From an uncultured Actinomycetota bacterium (GTDB lineage: Bacteria; Actinomycetota; Actinomycetes; Propionibacteriales; Nocardioidaceae), in NCBI GenBank assembly GCA_963731985.1, contig CAVSYA010000012.1:12205-76204 (forward strand): 64,000 nt of DNA. Direction: 5' to 3'. Below are positions 8,925 to 18,423 of this stretch, in pieces. Position numbers and translations under genes: made by a program. The notes beneath the pieces are model-generated. The model saw only the letters and a program-made list of their open reading frames with translations. It did no database searches and was not told the DNA's origin. The first letter of the stretch is position 1. Each line of letters starts with the position of its first letter.

Positions 8925-9734
8925 CTAGCGTTGGGTCACCTTGTTCACGAGGGAGCCGATGCCGGCGACCGAGACCTCGACCTCGTCGCCGGCCTGCATG
9001 GGGCCGACACCCGCGGGGGTGCCGGTGAGGATCACGTCACCGGGCAGCAGCGTCATCACGCTGGTCACGTGGGCGACGAGGGTGGGGATGTCGAAGATCA
9101 GGTCGGCCGTGCTGCCGTCCTGCACGAGCTCGCCGTTGAGGTGGGTGGTGAGGCGGACGCCGTCGGCGAAGCCCTGCGGGTCGAGGTCCGTCTCGACCCA
9201 CGGGCCGAGGGGGCAGAAGGTGTCGAAGCCCTTGGCACGGGTGAACTGGCCGTCCCTGCGCTGCAGGTCGCGGGCGGTCACGTCGTTGCCCACGGTGTAG
9301 CCGTGGATCACGTCGGTGGCCTTCTCCTTCGGCACGTCGCGGCAGATCCGGCCGATCACGACGGCGAGCTCGCCCTCGTAGTGCAGTTCCGCGGTCTGCC
9401 GGGGATAGGCGATCGGGTCCCCGGGGCCGACCACCGAGGTGTTCGGCTTGAGGAACATCAGCGGCTCGTCCGGCACGTCGCCGCCCATCTCGCTGGCATG
9501 GGAGGCGTAGTTTCGCCCGATGCCGACGACCTTGCTGCGCGGCAGCACCGGCGCGAGCAGGCGCACGTCCGCGAGCCGGTGCTCCTGCTCCATCAGCTTG
9601 ACCCCGACGTAGAGCGGGTCGCCGGCGAGCGAGACGACGATGCTGTCCGGGTCCGGGATCCCGTGCTCGTCGACCTCGCCGGTGACGACGCCGTACTGGG
9701 GCTCCTCCCCGACCGTGAACCTCGCGATGCGCAC
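8925..9734 (-). CDS. Fumarylacetoacetate hydrolase family protein
   Basis: GRNYASH, FLKP, YEGEL, NDVTARD, GDVILTGTPAG. Confidence 0.93.
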   Translation of the reverse strand: MRIARFTVGEEPQYGVVTGEVDEHGIPDPDSIVVSLAGDPLYVGVKLMEQEHRLADVRLLAPVLPRSKVVGIGRNYASHASEMGGDVPDEPLMFLKPNTSVVGPGDPIAYPRQTAELHYEGELAVVIGRICRDVPKEKATDVIHGYTVGNDVTARDLQRRDGQFTRAKGFDTFCPLGPWVETDLDPQGFADGVRLTTHLNGELVQDGSTADLIFDIPTLVAHVTSVMTLLPGDVILTGTPAGVGPMQAGDEVEVSVAGIGSLVNKVTQR

Positions 9735-9794
9735 CCGGCGAGCCTAACGGCCCACCGCTGTCCCGGGTGGGCCGGGCCGCCTACCCTCGTCCGG

Positions 9795-10655
9795 GTGCGA
9801 GCAGCTCAGTGGCGGCCGCGGGCCGAGGCGCACGCGGCGCGCGTCGATGCCTACGCCCAGCCACACCTCGCCCGGCGGCGGGGGGGCGTGAAGCACCCGG
9901 TGCACGACTTCTTGTTCACCTACTACTCCCAGAGCCCGGCTCAGCTTCGCCGGTGGCACCCGGGGTTCGGCGTCGCGCTGGAGGACGGCGCCGAGCGTGG
10001 GGAATGGAAGGGGTACGCCGTCGACAGGGGGGTGGCGACAGTTCCGGCCTCATACGTCGCCTCGCAGCGGGTGCTCCTGACCACGCTCGCCCGGCTGCTG
10101 CGCGCCACGGCCGGGCGCGCCCCGTCCTACGGCTGCTTCGGCCTGCACGAGTGGGCGATGGTCTACCGCCTCGGAGAGGGCGAGACCCGGCACGCGGACT
10201 GGCCGCTGCGGCTGGGGCACGACGGCACGGACGCGGTCGTCGAGTCGCACCGGATTGCCTGCTCGCACGTCGACGCCTACCGCTTCTTCACCGAGCCCGC
10301 GCGGCCGCTGAACGCCCTCTCCCCCGGCCGCGACGACCGCGAGGCCCACGAGCAGCCGGGCTGCCTGCACGCCGGCATGGATCTCTACAAGCACGCCTTC
10401 CGGCTCTCGCCGATGGTCTCCTCGGACCTGGTCGCCGACTGCTTCGAGCTGGCCTGGGAGATCCGCGAGCTCGACATGCGCGCGGCGCCGTACGACCTCA
10501 GCGACCTCGGCTACGAGCCGGTGCCGGTCGAGACGCCCGCCGGCAAGCGGCAGTACGCCACCGCCCAGGCCCGCTTCGCCGCCCGCGGCGCTCCCCTGCG
10601 CTCCCGGCTGGTTGCGGAGTGCGAGCGCCTGCTCGAGGCCACCCGGTCGGCGTGA
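9795..10655 (+). CDS. Conserved actinobacterial protein (often labelled 3-methyladenine DNA glycosylase)
   Basis: KHPVHDFLFTYY, CFGLHEWAMVY, QPGCLHAGMDLYK motifs. Confidence 0.75.
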   Translation: MRAAQWRPRAEAHAARVDAYAQPHLARRRGGVKHPVHDFLFTYYSQSPAQLRRWHPGFGVALEDGAERGEWKGYAVDRGVATVPASYVASQRVLLTTLARLLRATAGRAPSYGCFGLHEWAMVYRLGEGETRHADWPLRLGHDGTDAVVESHRIACSHVDAYRFFTEPARPLNALSPGRDDREAHEQPGCLHAGMDLYKHAFRLSPMVSSDLVADCFELAWEIRELDMRAAPYDLSDLGYEPVPVETPAGKRQYATAQARFAARGAPLRSRLVAECERLLEATRSA

Positions 10656-10714
10656 GCATCCGTCTCAACATCCCGACCAGGGGACGGTCGCCGGGAGCAC
10701 GGGCGAAAGCATTG

Positions 10715-10730
10715 TCGAACGTATGTTCGA
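10715..10730. promoter_or_regulatory. LexA (SOS) box
   Basis: TCGAAC-GTAT-GTTCGA, actinobacterial consensus; TAGCAT -10 adjacent. Confidence 0.9.
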
Positions 10731-10743
10731 GTAGCATGGCTCG

Positions 10744-11148
10744 ATGGCGCGCGGCGGCTACGGACACGGGAGCGGGGTCCCGCTGCACGAGCGCGTGCGC
10801 CAGACGGGCTCGGAGCCCCTCGCGCCGCGCGAGGACAGCTTCGCCGGGCCTGCCCCACCCGATGCTGCTCCTTCCGATGCTGCTCCTTCCGATGCTGCTC
10901 CTTCCGATGCTGGCCCCGCCGATGCCGCCCCCACCGATGCCGTGGCGCCGGGCGGCTGCCCCGCCCGGCACTGCTGGGTGACCGTCCCGGTCGACGGGCC
11001 CGCCGCCCGGCCCGGCCTGTTGCTCGAGTGGCGCAGGGGCGACCGGGGACGTTGGGAGGGTCGGGTGGCGTACGCCGCAGAGCTGCGGCCCGGCCGCTGG
11101 GCGAGTGTCGAGGAGTGGATCCCCGCGGAGCTGCTCTCGGCCGGCTGA
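10744..11148 (+). CDS. Hypothetical protein with a DAAPS repeat linker and a Trp-rich C-terminal domain
   Basis: ORF directly after the SOS box and -10; C-terminal HCWV..PGLLLEWRR..WEGRVAY..EEWIPAELL. Confidence 0.7.
   Translation: MARGGYGHGSGVPLHERVRQTGSEPLAPREDSFAGPAPPDAAPSDAAPSDAAPSDAGPADAAPTDAVAPGGCPARHCWVTVPVDGPAARPGLLLEWRRGDRGRWEGRVAYAAELRPGRWASVEEWIPAELLSAG
10861..10940 (+). repeat. 15-bp tandem repeat GATGCTGCTCCTTCC (3 exact plus degenerate copies)
   Basis: Read directly from the sequence. Confidence 0.9.
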
Positions 11149-11162
11149 CCTAGCGTGACCGC

Positions 11163-11786
11163 GTGGCCGAGACGCTCACCGACACCGTGCACGACGGCGT
11201 CACCTTCCGCGGCGAGGACTGGTACGCCGAGGACCTGGGCGCGGCGAGCTTCAGGGACTGCACGTTCATCGACGTCGACCTCAGCGAGTCCACGTCCACG
11301 GGCGCGACGTTCGAGGAGTGTCGCTTCGAGGGCTGTCGGTTCAACTCCTCGACGCACGCGTCCACCGCGTTCATCGCGTGCGACCTCATCCGCTGCAACC
11401 TCTTCGACGCCACGCTCTCCGGCTGCAAGCTGATCGGCTCGGTCCTCGAGGGCGGCACCCTGCGGCCGATTCGGGTGACGGGCGGGCAGTGGCAGTCGTT
11501 GACGGCGCGGCACGTCAACCTGAGCCGACTCGACCTCAGCGACCTCGACCTGCGCGACGCCGACCTCTCCGGCAGCGACCTCACCGACACGGTGCTGCGC
11601 GGCGCCCGACTCGACCGCGCGAACCTGCGAGAGACGCAGCTCTCCGGCGCCGACCTGCGCGGCGCCTCGTTGGAGGGCGTCGACCTCGTGGCCGCCCGGT
11701 TGCGGCGTACGCGCCTGGACCTCGCGGGTGCGGTGCTGCTCGCCGAGCTGAGCGGTGCGGTCGTCGACGCGGGCTTCGAGCCCTGA
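11163..11786 (+). CDS. Pentapeptide repeat protein (MfpA/Qnr-like fold)
   Basis: Continuous A(D/N)L/F-x-x repeats; TAGCGT-6nt-GTG leaderless start. Confidence 0.9.
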   Translation: MAETLTDTVHDGVTFRGEDWYAEDLGAASFRDCTFIDVDLSESTSTGATFEECRFEGCRFNSSTHASTAFIACDLIRCNLFDATLSGCKLIGSVLEGGTLRPIRVTGGQWQSLTARHVNLSRLDLSDLDLRDADLSGSDLTDTVLRGARLDRANLRETQLSGADLRGASLEGVDLVAARLRRTRLDLAGAVLLAELSGAVVDAGFEP

Positions 11787-11828
11787 GCGCGGGGCTCGGT
11801 CATCCACAGGAGGCCCGGGACGTGGTGT

Positions 11829-11844
11829 TCGAACACTTGTTCGA
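11829..11844. promoter_or_regulatory. LexA (SOS) box
   Basis: TCGAAC-ACTT-GTTCGA followed by TAGTGT and ATG at 11858. Confidence 0.9.
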
Positions 11845-11857
11845 TTAGTGTTGATTC

Positions 11858-13296
11858 ATGGCAGCCCCGGTCCCCAGCAGAGCGGTCCCCACCAGAGCAG
11901 TCCCCACCAGCGCGGGGCTCACGAGCGCGGGGCTGCTCACCCGGGCGCGGTCGCGTCGGGAGGCGGCCGACCGGGCCGAGGCGGAGCTGTTGGAGACGAC
12001 GGTCGCGTGGGCGGCGCTGCACCCGACGGGGTGGTGGAGGACCTCTACGGCCCCGAGGACACGGTGCTGTCCGGCCCGGCAGCCCACCGGGGCACCGACC
12101 GGCCCCTGGAGGTCGCCGGCCCCGGGGCGCCGACCGTCTCCGAGCTCGCGCTGGTGGAGTACGCCGCGGTGCTGGGGATGACCAGCGACGCCGGGCGCCG
12201 CTACCTCGGCGATGCCCTCGAGCTCGCCCACCGCCTGCCGGCGGTCTATGCCCGCGTCCTGGCCGGGGACCTCCCGATCTGGCGGGCCCGCCGGGTGGCC
12301 CAGGCCACCCGCGACCTGTGCCCGGCCGCCGCTGGGTGCGTCGACGCCCGGGTCGCGCCGGTCGCCCACCGGGTCGGGTACGTGTCCCTGGAGCGGCTGG
12401 TCGAGGAGGCCCGCGCCCGGTTCGACCCCGAAGAAGCCGAGCTGCGTGCCCTGGAGGCCGCCGAGACCCGGCACGCCACCATCCACCCGCCCACCCCCGG
12501 CCACGAGCTCCACGGCCACGGCGAGCTCACCGCGACCCTCGACCTGCCCGACGCCCTCGACCTCGACGCCGCCCTGAGCGCCCTCGCCGCCGCGTTGCGG
12601 AACGCCGGCTCTGAGGACCCCCTCGACGTCCGCCGAGCCCGCGCCGTGGGCCTGCTCGCCCGCGGCGAGCATCCCCGAGCCAGCGACTCCCACTCCAGCC
12701 CCGACCCCGACCCCGGGAGCGACTCGCTGCCCGGCCGGGCCGTGACCCTCTACGTGCACGCCACGGCCGAGTCCCTCACCACCGGGCAGCGCACCGACCC
12801 CGTCGGCGGCGTGGACCTGGCCCGGGTGGAGAACACCGGTGGCCCGGTCCACGCCGACACCGTCCGTGCCTGGCTGGCCCGCCCCGGCACCCGGATCACC
12901 ATCAAGCCGGTGATCGACCTCCGCGACCAGGTCGCCGTGGACGCCTACGAGGTCCCGGACCGCATCGCCGAACGCGTCCACCTGGCCCGGCCGACCTGCG
13001 CGTTCCCCCACTGCCCGCGCCCCTCCCGGTCGTCGGACATGGACCACGTCACCGCATACGTCCCCACCGACCGGGGCGGGCCACCCGGGCAGACCGGCAC
13101 CCGATCCCTCGCTCCCCTGTGCCGACGGCACCACCGCGCCAAGACCCACGCCGCCCCCACCGACGACCCGGCCGGCCGGCGCTGGCGCTACCGCCGCGAC
13201 CCCGACGCGTTCCTCTGGACCAGCCCCCACGGCCACCGCTTCCGCGTCGACCCCACCGGAACCGTCTGCCTCACGCGGCCGGCACCCGTGACCTGA
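11858..13296 (+). pseudogene. DUF222 / HNH endonuclease (REP13E12-like), frameshifted near 12022-12025
   Basis: N-terminus (..EAELLETTVAWAALHP) is in one frame and the body (AGPGAPTVSE, ALELAHRLP, CAFPHC, DMDH, LAPLCRRHHRAKTH) in another; one extra C would join them. Confidence 0.8.
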
Positions 13297-13834
13297 TCCC
13301 GTCGACCACCAGGGCCAGCGCCTCACCGAAGTCGGATCCCTCCCGCGGCCCGCCCGTGATCGCCCCGGCGCTCGCGGCCTGCAGGTGGGCCTGCTCCTCC
13401 GAGGTGTGCCCCAACGTCAGGTGGAGCAGCGCCCGCGCCGCGGTCGGCACCCGATCCTCGTCGAGCCCGGCGTCGCGCAGCGCGTCGGCGAGGTCGTCGT
13501 ACGGCGCCGAGGCGCCGAGCCCGAAGGCAAGCGCCGTCGCGACGACCTCGGCGCCGTCGGTGTAGGCCAGCAGGGCATCCCGCAGCTCCCCACAGAGCGC
13601 GACGACCCGCTCGTCCCAGGGCCCGGAGCGGCCGGTGCCCACGCTCCGTCCCCGGGCCAGGACCTCGTCCGCGACCGCCGCGAGCAGCGTCTGCTTGTCG
13701 GAGAAGTGGTGATAGAGGGCACTGGGTCGAACCCCCAGCTCGGCCCCCAGCCGGCGCATGGTCAGGTCGGCCAGGCCGTAGGCGTCCAGCACGCGCAGCG
13801 CGTGGGCAACGACATCCTCGCGGTGGTGCCGCAC
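13271..13834 (-). CDS. bioQ: TetR-family biotin repressor
   Basis: TetR HTH (LTMRRLGAELGVRPSALYHHF); divergent from bioYMN with TGAAC-N3-GTTCA sites. Confidence 0.8.
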   Translation of the reverse strand: MRHHREDVVAHALRVLDAYGLADLTMRRLGAELGVRPSALYHHFSDKQTLLAAVADEVLARGRSVGTGRSGPWDERVVALCGELRDALLAYTDGAEVVATALAFGLGASAPYDDLADALRDAGLDEDRVPTAARALLHLTLGHTSEEQAHLQAASAGAITGGPREGSDFGEALALVVDGIRSRVPAA

Positions 13835-13901
13835 CTTGCGCCTCCCCTGCTCGCGCGGCGGTGGACCGCCGCGTTGACCGCCGGCGCCGTCGACCCTAGC
13901 C

Positions 13902-13929
13902 TGAACGCCGTTCACCTGACCACCGTTCA
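13902..13929. promoter_or_regulatory. Tandem BioQ operators
   Basis: TGAAC-GCC-GTTCA (13902-13914) and TGACC-ACC-GTTCA (13917-13929). Confidence 0.8.
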
Positions 13930-13954
13930 GGTTCGCCCGACCTCAGGACGCCAG

Positions 13955-14608
13955 ATGCCCCGCACCCGTACGACGACCCGACTGGGCCGCCCCTCGACCG
14001 ACATCGCCCTGATCGCCGGCTTCGCCGCACTCATCGCCGCGTGCGCCATCGCCCCCGCGATCAACCTCTCCGGCCCGGTCCCGATCACGCTGCAGACCTT
14101 CGGCGTCCTGCTGACGGGGGCAGTCCTCGGCGCCCGGCGAGGTTCCCTCGCCGTCCTGCTCTATCTCGCGATCGGCGCGGCCGGCCTGCCGGTCTTCGCC
14201 AACGGCGGCGCCGGGTTCGGCGTCTTCGGTGGCCCGACCGTCGGCTACCTGGTCGGCTTCCCGCTCGCCGCCGGGATGTGCGGTCTCATCGTGGAGCGCC
14301 TGCCGCGCCGCAAGCTGCAGAGCGTGCCGCTGATCTTCGTCGCCGGCCTGGTCAGCAGCGCGATCTGCATCCACACGCTCGGGATGCTCGGCCTGATGTG
14401 GCGCCTGGACATCTCGTTCGGGGCCGCCTTCGACATCGACCAGGTGTTCTGGCCCGGCGACGTGCTCAAGAACCTCGCCATGGCGCTGGTCGCCACGGCC
14501 GTGCACCGCGCGTTCCCCGACCTGCTCGGCCGGCCATCCGGGGACCGCAGCGGCGGCCGGGCCGGGGTGAACCCGGACGACACCGTGGAGGACACGGGCA
14601 CCCGGTGA
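13955..14608 (+). CDS. bioY: Biotin ECF S component
   Basis: VPITLQTF, GLPVFA, GPTVGYL motifs. Confidence 0.93.
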   Translation: MPRTRTTTRLGRPSTDIALIAGFAALIAACAIAPAINLSGPVPITLQTFGVLLTGAVLGARRGSLAVLLYLAIGAAGLPVFANGGAGFGVFGGPTVGYLVGFPLAAGMCGLIVERLPRRKLQSVPLIFVAGLVSSAICIHTLGMLGLMWRLDISFGAAFDIDQVFWPGDVLKNLAMALVATAVHRAFPDLLGRPSGDRSGGRAGVNPDDTVEDTGTR

Positions 14609-15300
14609 GCACCCTGGCCCTGGACGCCGTCACGGTCAGCCTGCCGACCGTCAACGGCGACGTGCGGGTCCTGCGGGAGACGACGCTCGAGCTCACCGAG
14701 CAACGCATCGCGTTCATCGGGCCCAACGGGTCGGGCAAGTCCACCCTCGCCCGGCTGCTCAACGGCCTCGTCGCGCCGACCACCGGAACGGTCACGGTCG
14801 ACGGCCTCGACGTGAGCAAGGAGGGTCGTGCAGTCCGCCGCAGCGTCGCCTTCTCCTTCACCGACCCCTCCGCCCAGCTGGTGATGCCGACCGCGCTGGA
14901 GGACGTCGTGCTCTCCCTACGGCGCGCGCACCGGGACAAGGCCGAGCGGCAGCGCGCGGCCGAGGACGTGCTGGCGGCGTACGGCCTCGACGGCCTGGGC
15001 GACCGCAGCGTGCACGCGCTCTCCGGGGGGCAGCGCCAGCTCCTCGCGCTGGCCGGCGTGCTCGCCACCGACCCCGACGTGCTCGTCGCCGACGAGCCCA
15101 CCACCCTGCTCGACCTGCGCAACGCGCGCCGGGTGGGCGACCTGCTGTTCTCGCTGCGCCAGCAGCTCGTGCTGGTCACCCACGACCTCGACCTGGCGGC
15201 GCGCTGCGACCGGGCGCTCTACCTCGACGACGGCCGCGTCGCCTTCGACGGCCCCCCGGCCGAGGCGGTCGCCCGCTACCGAGCCGCGGTGGCCCGATGA
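14605..15300 (+). CDS. bioM: ECF ATPase (BioM/CbiO-like)
   Basis: GPNGSGKS, LSGGQ, VADEPT. Confidence 0.88.
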   Translation: MSTLALDAVTVSLPTVNGDVRVLRETTLELTEQRIAFIGPNGSGKSTLARLLNGLVAPTTGTVTVDGLDVSKEGRAVRRSVAFSFTDPSAQLVMPTALEDVVLSLRRAHRDKAERQRAAEDVLAAYGLDGLGDRSVHALSGGQRQLLALAGVLATDPDVLVADEPTTLLDLRNARRVGDLLFSLRQQLVLVTHDLDLAARCDRALYLDDGRVAFDGPPAEAVARYRAAVAR

Positions 15301-15310
15301 TCGGGCACCG

Positions 15311-15946
15311 ATGAGCATGCTGGGCGCCTTTCACCCCGGGCGCTCAATCTTCCACCGCGCGGGGGCGGGCGCCAAGCTGCTCGGCCTGCTGGTGGCGGGT
15401 GTGGTGGTCGTGGCGACGCCGGGGCCGGTTGCGGCGCTCGGCTTCCTGGCCGCTGCCGTGGCCGCCCTGATCGCCACCGGCGCGGGTGTGCGCATCCTGT
15501 TCCGCACCCTGCGCGGCCTGCTGCTCGTCCTCGTCGCGATCGGCGCCTACCAGGCGTGGCAGAACGGCTGGGAGCGCGCCGTCGAGACGGTGGCCGAACT
15601 CGTGGCGCTCGTGCTCCTGGCCACCGTCGTCACGGTGACGACGCCGGTCGACGAGGTGCTCGACGCCATCACCCGCGCACTCAGCCCCCTGCGCCGGGTC
15701 GGCGTCCGTCCCGAGCCGGTCGCCCTGGCCTTCTCCCTGGTCCTGCGCGCCATCCCGACCACGCTCGACCTCGCCCACCAGACGCGCGACGCGGCCGTGG
15801 CCCGCGGGCTCGAGCGGTCGCCCCGCGCCCGGCTGGTCCCCCTCGTGCTCCGGGTCGTCGCGCACGCCCGCGCCACCGGGGACGCCCTGCATGCGCGCGG
15901 CATCACCGACGACCTCGGCGAGCCGGCCGGGCCTAGGCCTGGCTAG
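15311..15946 (+). CDS. bioN: ECF T component (BioN/CbiQ-like)
   Basis: TM helices with two ARG motifs. Confidence 0.85.
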   Translation: MSMLGAFHPGRSIFHRAGAGAKLLGLLVAGVVVVATPGPVAALGFLAAAVAALIATGAGVRILFRTLRGLLLVLVAIGAYQAWQNGWERAVETVAELVALVLLATVVTVTTPVDEVLDAITRALSPLRRVGVRPEPVALAFSLVLRAIPTTLDLAHQTRDAAVARGLERSPRARLVPLVLRVVAHARATGDALHARGITDDLGEPAGPRPG

Positions 15947-16030
15947 GCGAGCGGCGTCCGGAACGGCCACAGGCGGCCCTCGAGGTCGCGTGCGCCGTCG
16001 TCACGGAAGCCGGAGGTCATGACCCGGAGA

Positions 16031-17452
16031 TCACCAGCCCGCCGGATGCACGTCGGCCCAGACCCGACCGGCGTCCGCCTCGGCGGCCTCGACCTGGGAG
16101 GCCAGGGACAGCAGCAGCTCCTCCTCGGCCGGTCGAGCGCCGAGCATCACCCCGACCGGCAGCCCCTCCCCCAGGCGGTCGCCGGTCCAGCACAGCGGCA
16201 GCGAGACGGCGGGCATGCCGGTCACGTTCCAGGCCGACGTCCATGGGGTGAAGGCCTTCTGTGCCTCGAAGTCCGCGGCCGGGTCCCCGTCGTCGCGGAT
16301 CGCCCCCACGGGCAACGGCGGCGCGGCGATGGTCGGCGTGAGCACGGCGTCGTACGGCGCCAGCGCGGTCAGCGTCGCCGCCGCGAACCGCCGCATGCGG
16401 CCGATCGCGAGCCCGAACTCAGGCCCCGACACCGCCCGCCCGCGGTCGGCGAGCCACCGGGTCAACGGGCGGATCCGGTCCTCCCGGCCCGGGGGCACCG
16501 GCGAGAGCGCGGTGAGCACGGCCCAGCAGGTCTCGAAGACCGGCACGGCCTCGCGAGACAACGGCACGGCCACGTCCTCGACGTCGTGCCCCAACGCGTC
16601 CAGCAGCGCCGAGGCATCCTCGAAGGCCGCACGGCAGGCCGGGTCGACCGCGGCGTCGGCGATCATCGGCTCGGCGAAGCGCGCGATCCGCAGGCGGCCC
16701 GGTTCCCGCTCGCAGGCACCCAGGAACGTCCCGCTCGGCTCCGGCGCCCAGGCCGGGTCCCCGGGCAGCCGTCCGGCGAGCACGTCCAGGAGGCCCGCGG
16801 CGTCGCGCACCGACCGGGCGAGCGGCCCGGGCGCCCCGAGACCCACCGGGTCGCCGTACATCGGCGCGCCGCTGACCCGCCCCCTGCTCGGTTTCACGCC
16901 GACCAGCCCGCAGCAGGACGCCGGGATCCGGATCGAGCCGCCGCCGTCCGAGCCCTGGGCGAGCGGCACCTGCCCGGCGGCCACCGCTGCCGCCGCCCCG
17001 CCCGACGAGCCGCCCGCCATCCGCGACGGGTCGTACGGCGTGACGGCCGGCGGCCGGCCCTCGGGCTCGGTGTAGCAGGGCGACCCGAACTCCGGCGTGC
17101 TCGTCTTGCCGAGGCTGACCAGCCCGGCGTCCTGCATCGATGTGACGACGTGGTCGGACTGGTCCGGCACGAAGTCGTCGTAGGCCGCCGAGCCGAAGGT
17201 GGTGCGCAGCCCGGCGGTCGGATGCAGGTCCTTCACGGCGGTCGGCACGCCCCACAGCGGACCGGCGTCGGCGGGCCGCTCGCCCAGCGCCCGCGCGGCC
17301 TCGAGTGCCCGCTCCCCGGCGAGCGTCACGAACGCGCCGATGGCGTCGCCAGCGGCCCGCTTGAGGAAGTGCTCGACGAGCTCGACCGGCGAGGCCTCGC
17401 GCCGCGCCACCAGCGCGCCGAGCTCGAGCGCGGAGAGGTCGTGGAGAGCCAC
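16031..17452 (-). CDS. Amidase signature family protein
   Basis: GVPTAVKD, GGSSGG, GSDGGGSIRIPA. Confidence 0.93.
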   Translation of the reverse strand: MALHDLSALELGALVARREASPVELVEHFLKRAAGDAIGAFVTLAGERALEAARALGERPADAGPLWGVPTAVKDLHPTAGLRTTFGSAAYDDFVPDQSDHVVTSMQDAGLVSLGKTSTPEFGSPCYTEPEGRPPAVTPYDPSRMAGGSSGGAAAAVAAGQVPLAQGSDGGGSIRIPASCCGLVGVKPSRGRVSGAPMYGDPVGLGAPGPLARSVRDAAGLLDVLAGRLPGDPAWAPEPSGTFLGACEREPGRLRIARFAEPMIADAAVDPACRAAFEDASALLDALGHDVEDVAVPLSREAVPVFETCWAVLTALSPVPPGREDRIRPLTRWLADRGRAVSGPEFGLAIGRMRRFAAATLTALAPYDAVLTPTIAAPPLPVGAIRDDGDPAADFEAQKAFTPWTSAWNVTGMPAVSLPLCWTGDRLGEGLPVGVMLGARPAEEELLLSLASQVEAAEADAGRVWADVHPAGW

Positions 17453-17467
17453 GGGGGACGCCCCCGC

Positions 17468-18403
17468 TCAGCCGGCCGCGGCCGCGGCGACGTCCACGCG
17501 CAGACCCGTCTCGCGCTCGCACACCTGCCAGAGCGTGCGGATCGCGTCGCCGCCTCCCGGGCGGACCAGCGGCTTGCGCACCGGCGGCCCGGCCGCCGCG
17601 AACAGCGGCCCGTAGAGCTGCCCCCCGCGGGCGCCGGGATCGGTGGCGGCGCGGAGCTGGCTCAGGGCGCCGCGGCCGACCGACATGCCGAGCCTCGCAG
17701 CGAAGGCCTCGGACGCCCGGCCCCCGATCCCGCCGCCCCCGGCCTGCTTCGTCGTGGACTGCAGGTCGGAGTTGGTCAGACCGGGATGGGCGACCAGCGC
17801 GGCGACGTCGCTGCCCGCGGCGTCGAGCTCGCGCTGCAGCCCCTGCGCCAGGTGGCGCATCGCGAGCTTGGTGTTGCCGTAGGCCTTCCACGGGTCGTAG
17901 GACCCGCGCAGGTGCGGGTTGGCGGGGTCGAGCGCGCGGCCCTGGTGCTGGGCGAGGCTGCAAAGCGTGACGATCCGCGCCTGCGGCGTGCGCAGCACCG
18001 TCGGCAGCAGGTGCGAGAGCAGGGCCCAGTGGCCGAGCACGTTGGTGCCCAGCTGGATCTCGAAGCCGTCCTCGGTGGTCCCCTCGGGCATCGCCATCAC
18101 GCCGGCGTTGAGCACGAGCAGGTCGATCCGGTCGTGCGCCGCGGTGATCGCGGCGGCGGCCTTCTCGACGGAGGCGAGCGACCCCAGGTCGAGCGGCACG
18201 ATCTCCAGGGAGGCCCCGGGGTGCCCCGTCAGGATGTGGTGACGCGCCGCCTCGGCCTTCTCCTGGTTGCGGGCGGCCATCACCACGTGGGCGCCCTTGC
18301 GGGCCAGCTCGCGAGCGGTCTCGAGGCCCAGGCCGCCGTTGGCGCCGGTCACCACGGCGATCCGGCCGGACTGGTCGGGAATGTCGTCGGTGCTCCAGAA
18401 CAT
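17468..18403 (-). CDS. SDR oxidoreductase (retinol dehydrogenase-like)
   Basis: TGANGGLG, NAG, YGNTK. Confidence 0.92.
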   Translation of the reverse strand: MFWSTDDIPDQSGRIAVVTGANGGLGLETARELARKGAHVVMAARNQEKAEAARHHILTGHPGASLEIVPLDLGSLASVEKAAAAITAAHDRIDLLVLNAGVMAMPEGTTEDGFEIQLGTNVLGHWALLSHLLPTVLRTPQARIVTLCSLAQHQGRALDPANPHLRGSYDPWKAYGNTKLAMRHLAQGLQRELDAAGSDVAALVAHPGLTNSDLQSTTKQAGGGGIGGRASEAFAARLGMSVGRGALSQLRAATDPGARGGQLYGPLFAAAGPPVRKPLVRPGGGDAIRTLWQVCERETGLRVDVAAAAAG

Positions 18404-18423
18404 TCCTCGAACCTACCCGGTCC

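Noticed and set aside
16031-17452. Second gatA
   Set aside because: Generic amidase signature only; the true gatA lies between gatC and gatB.
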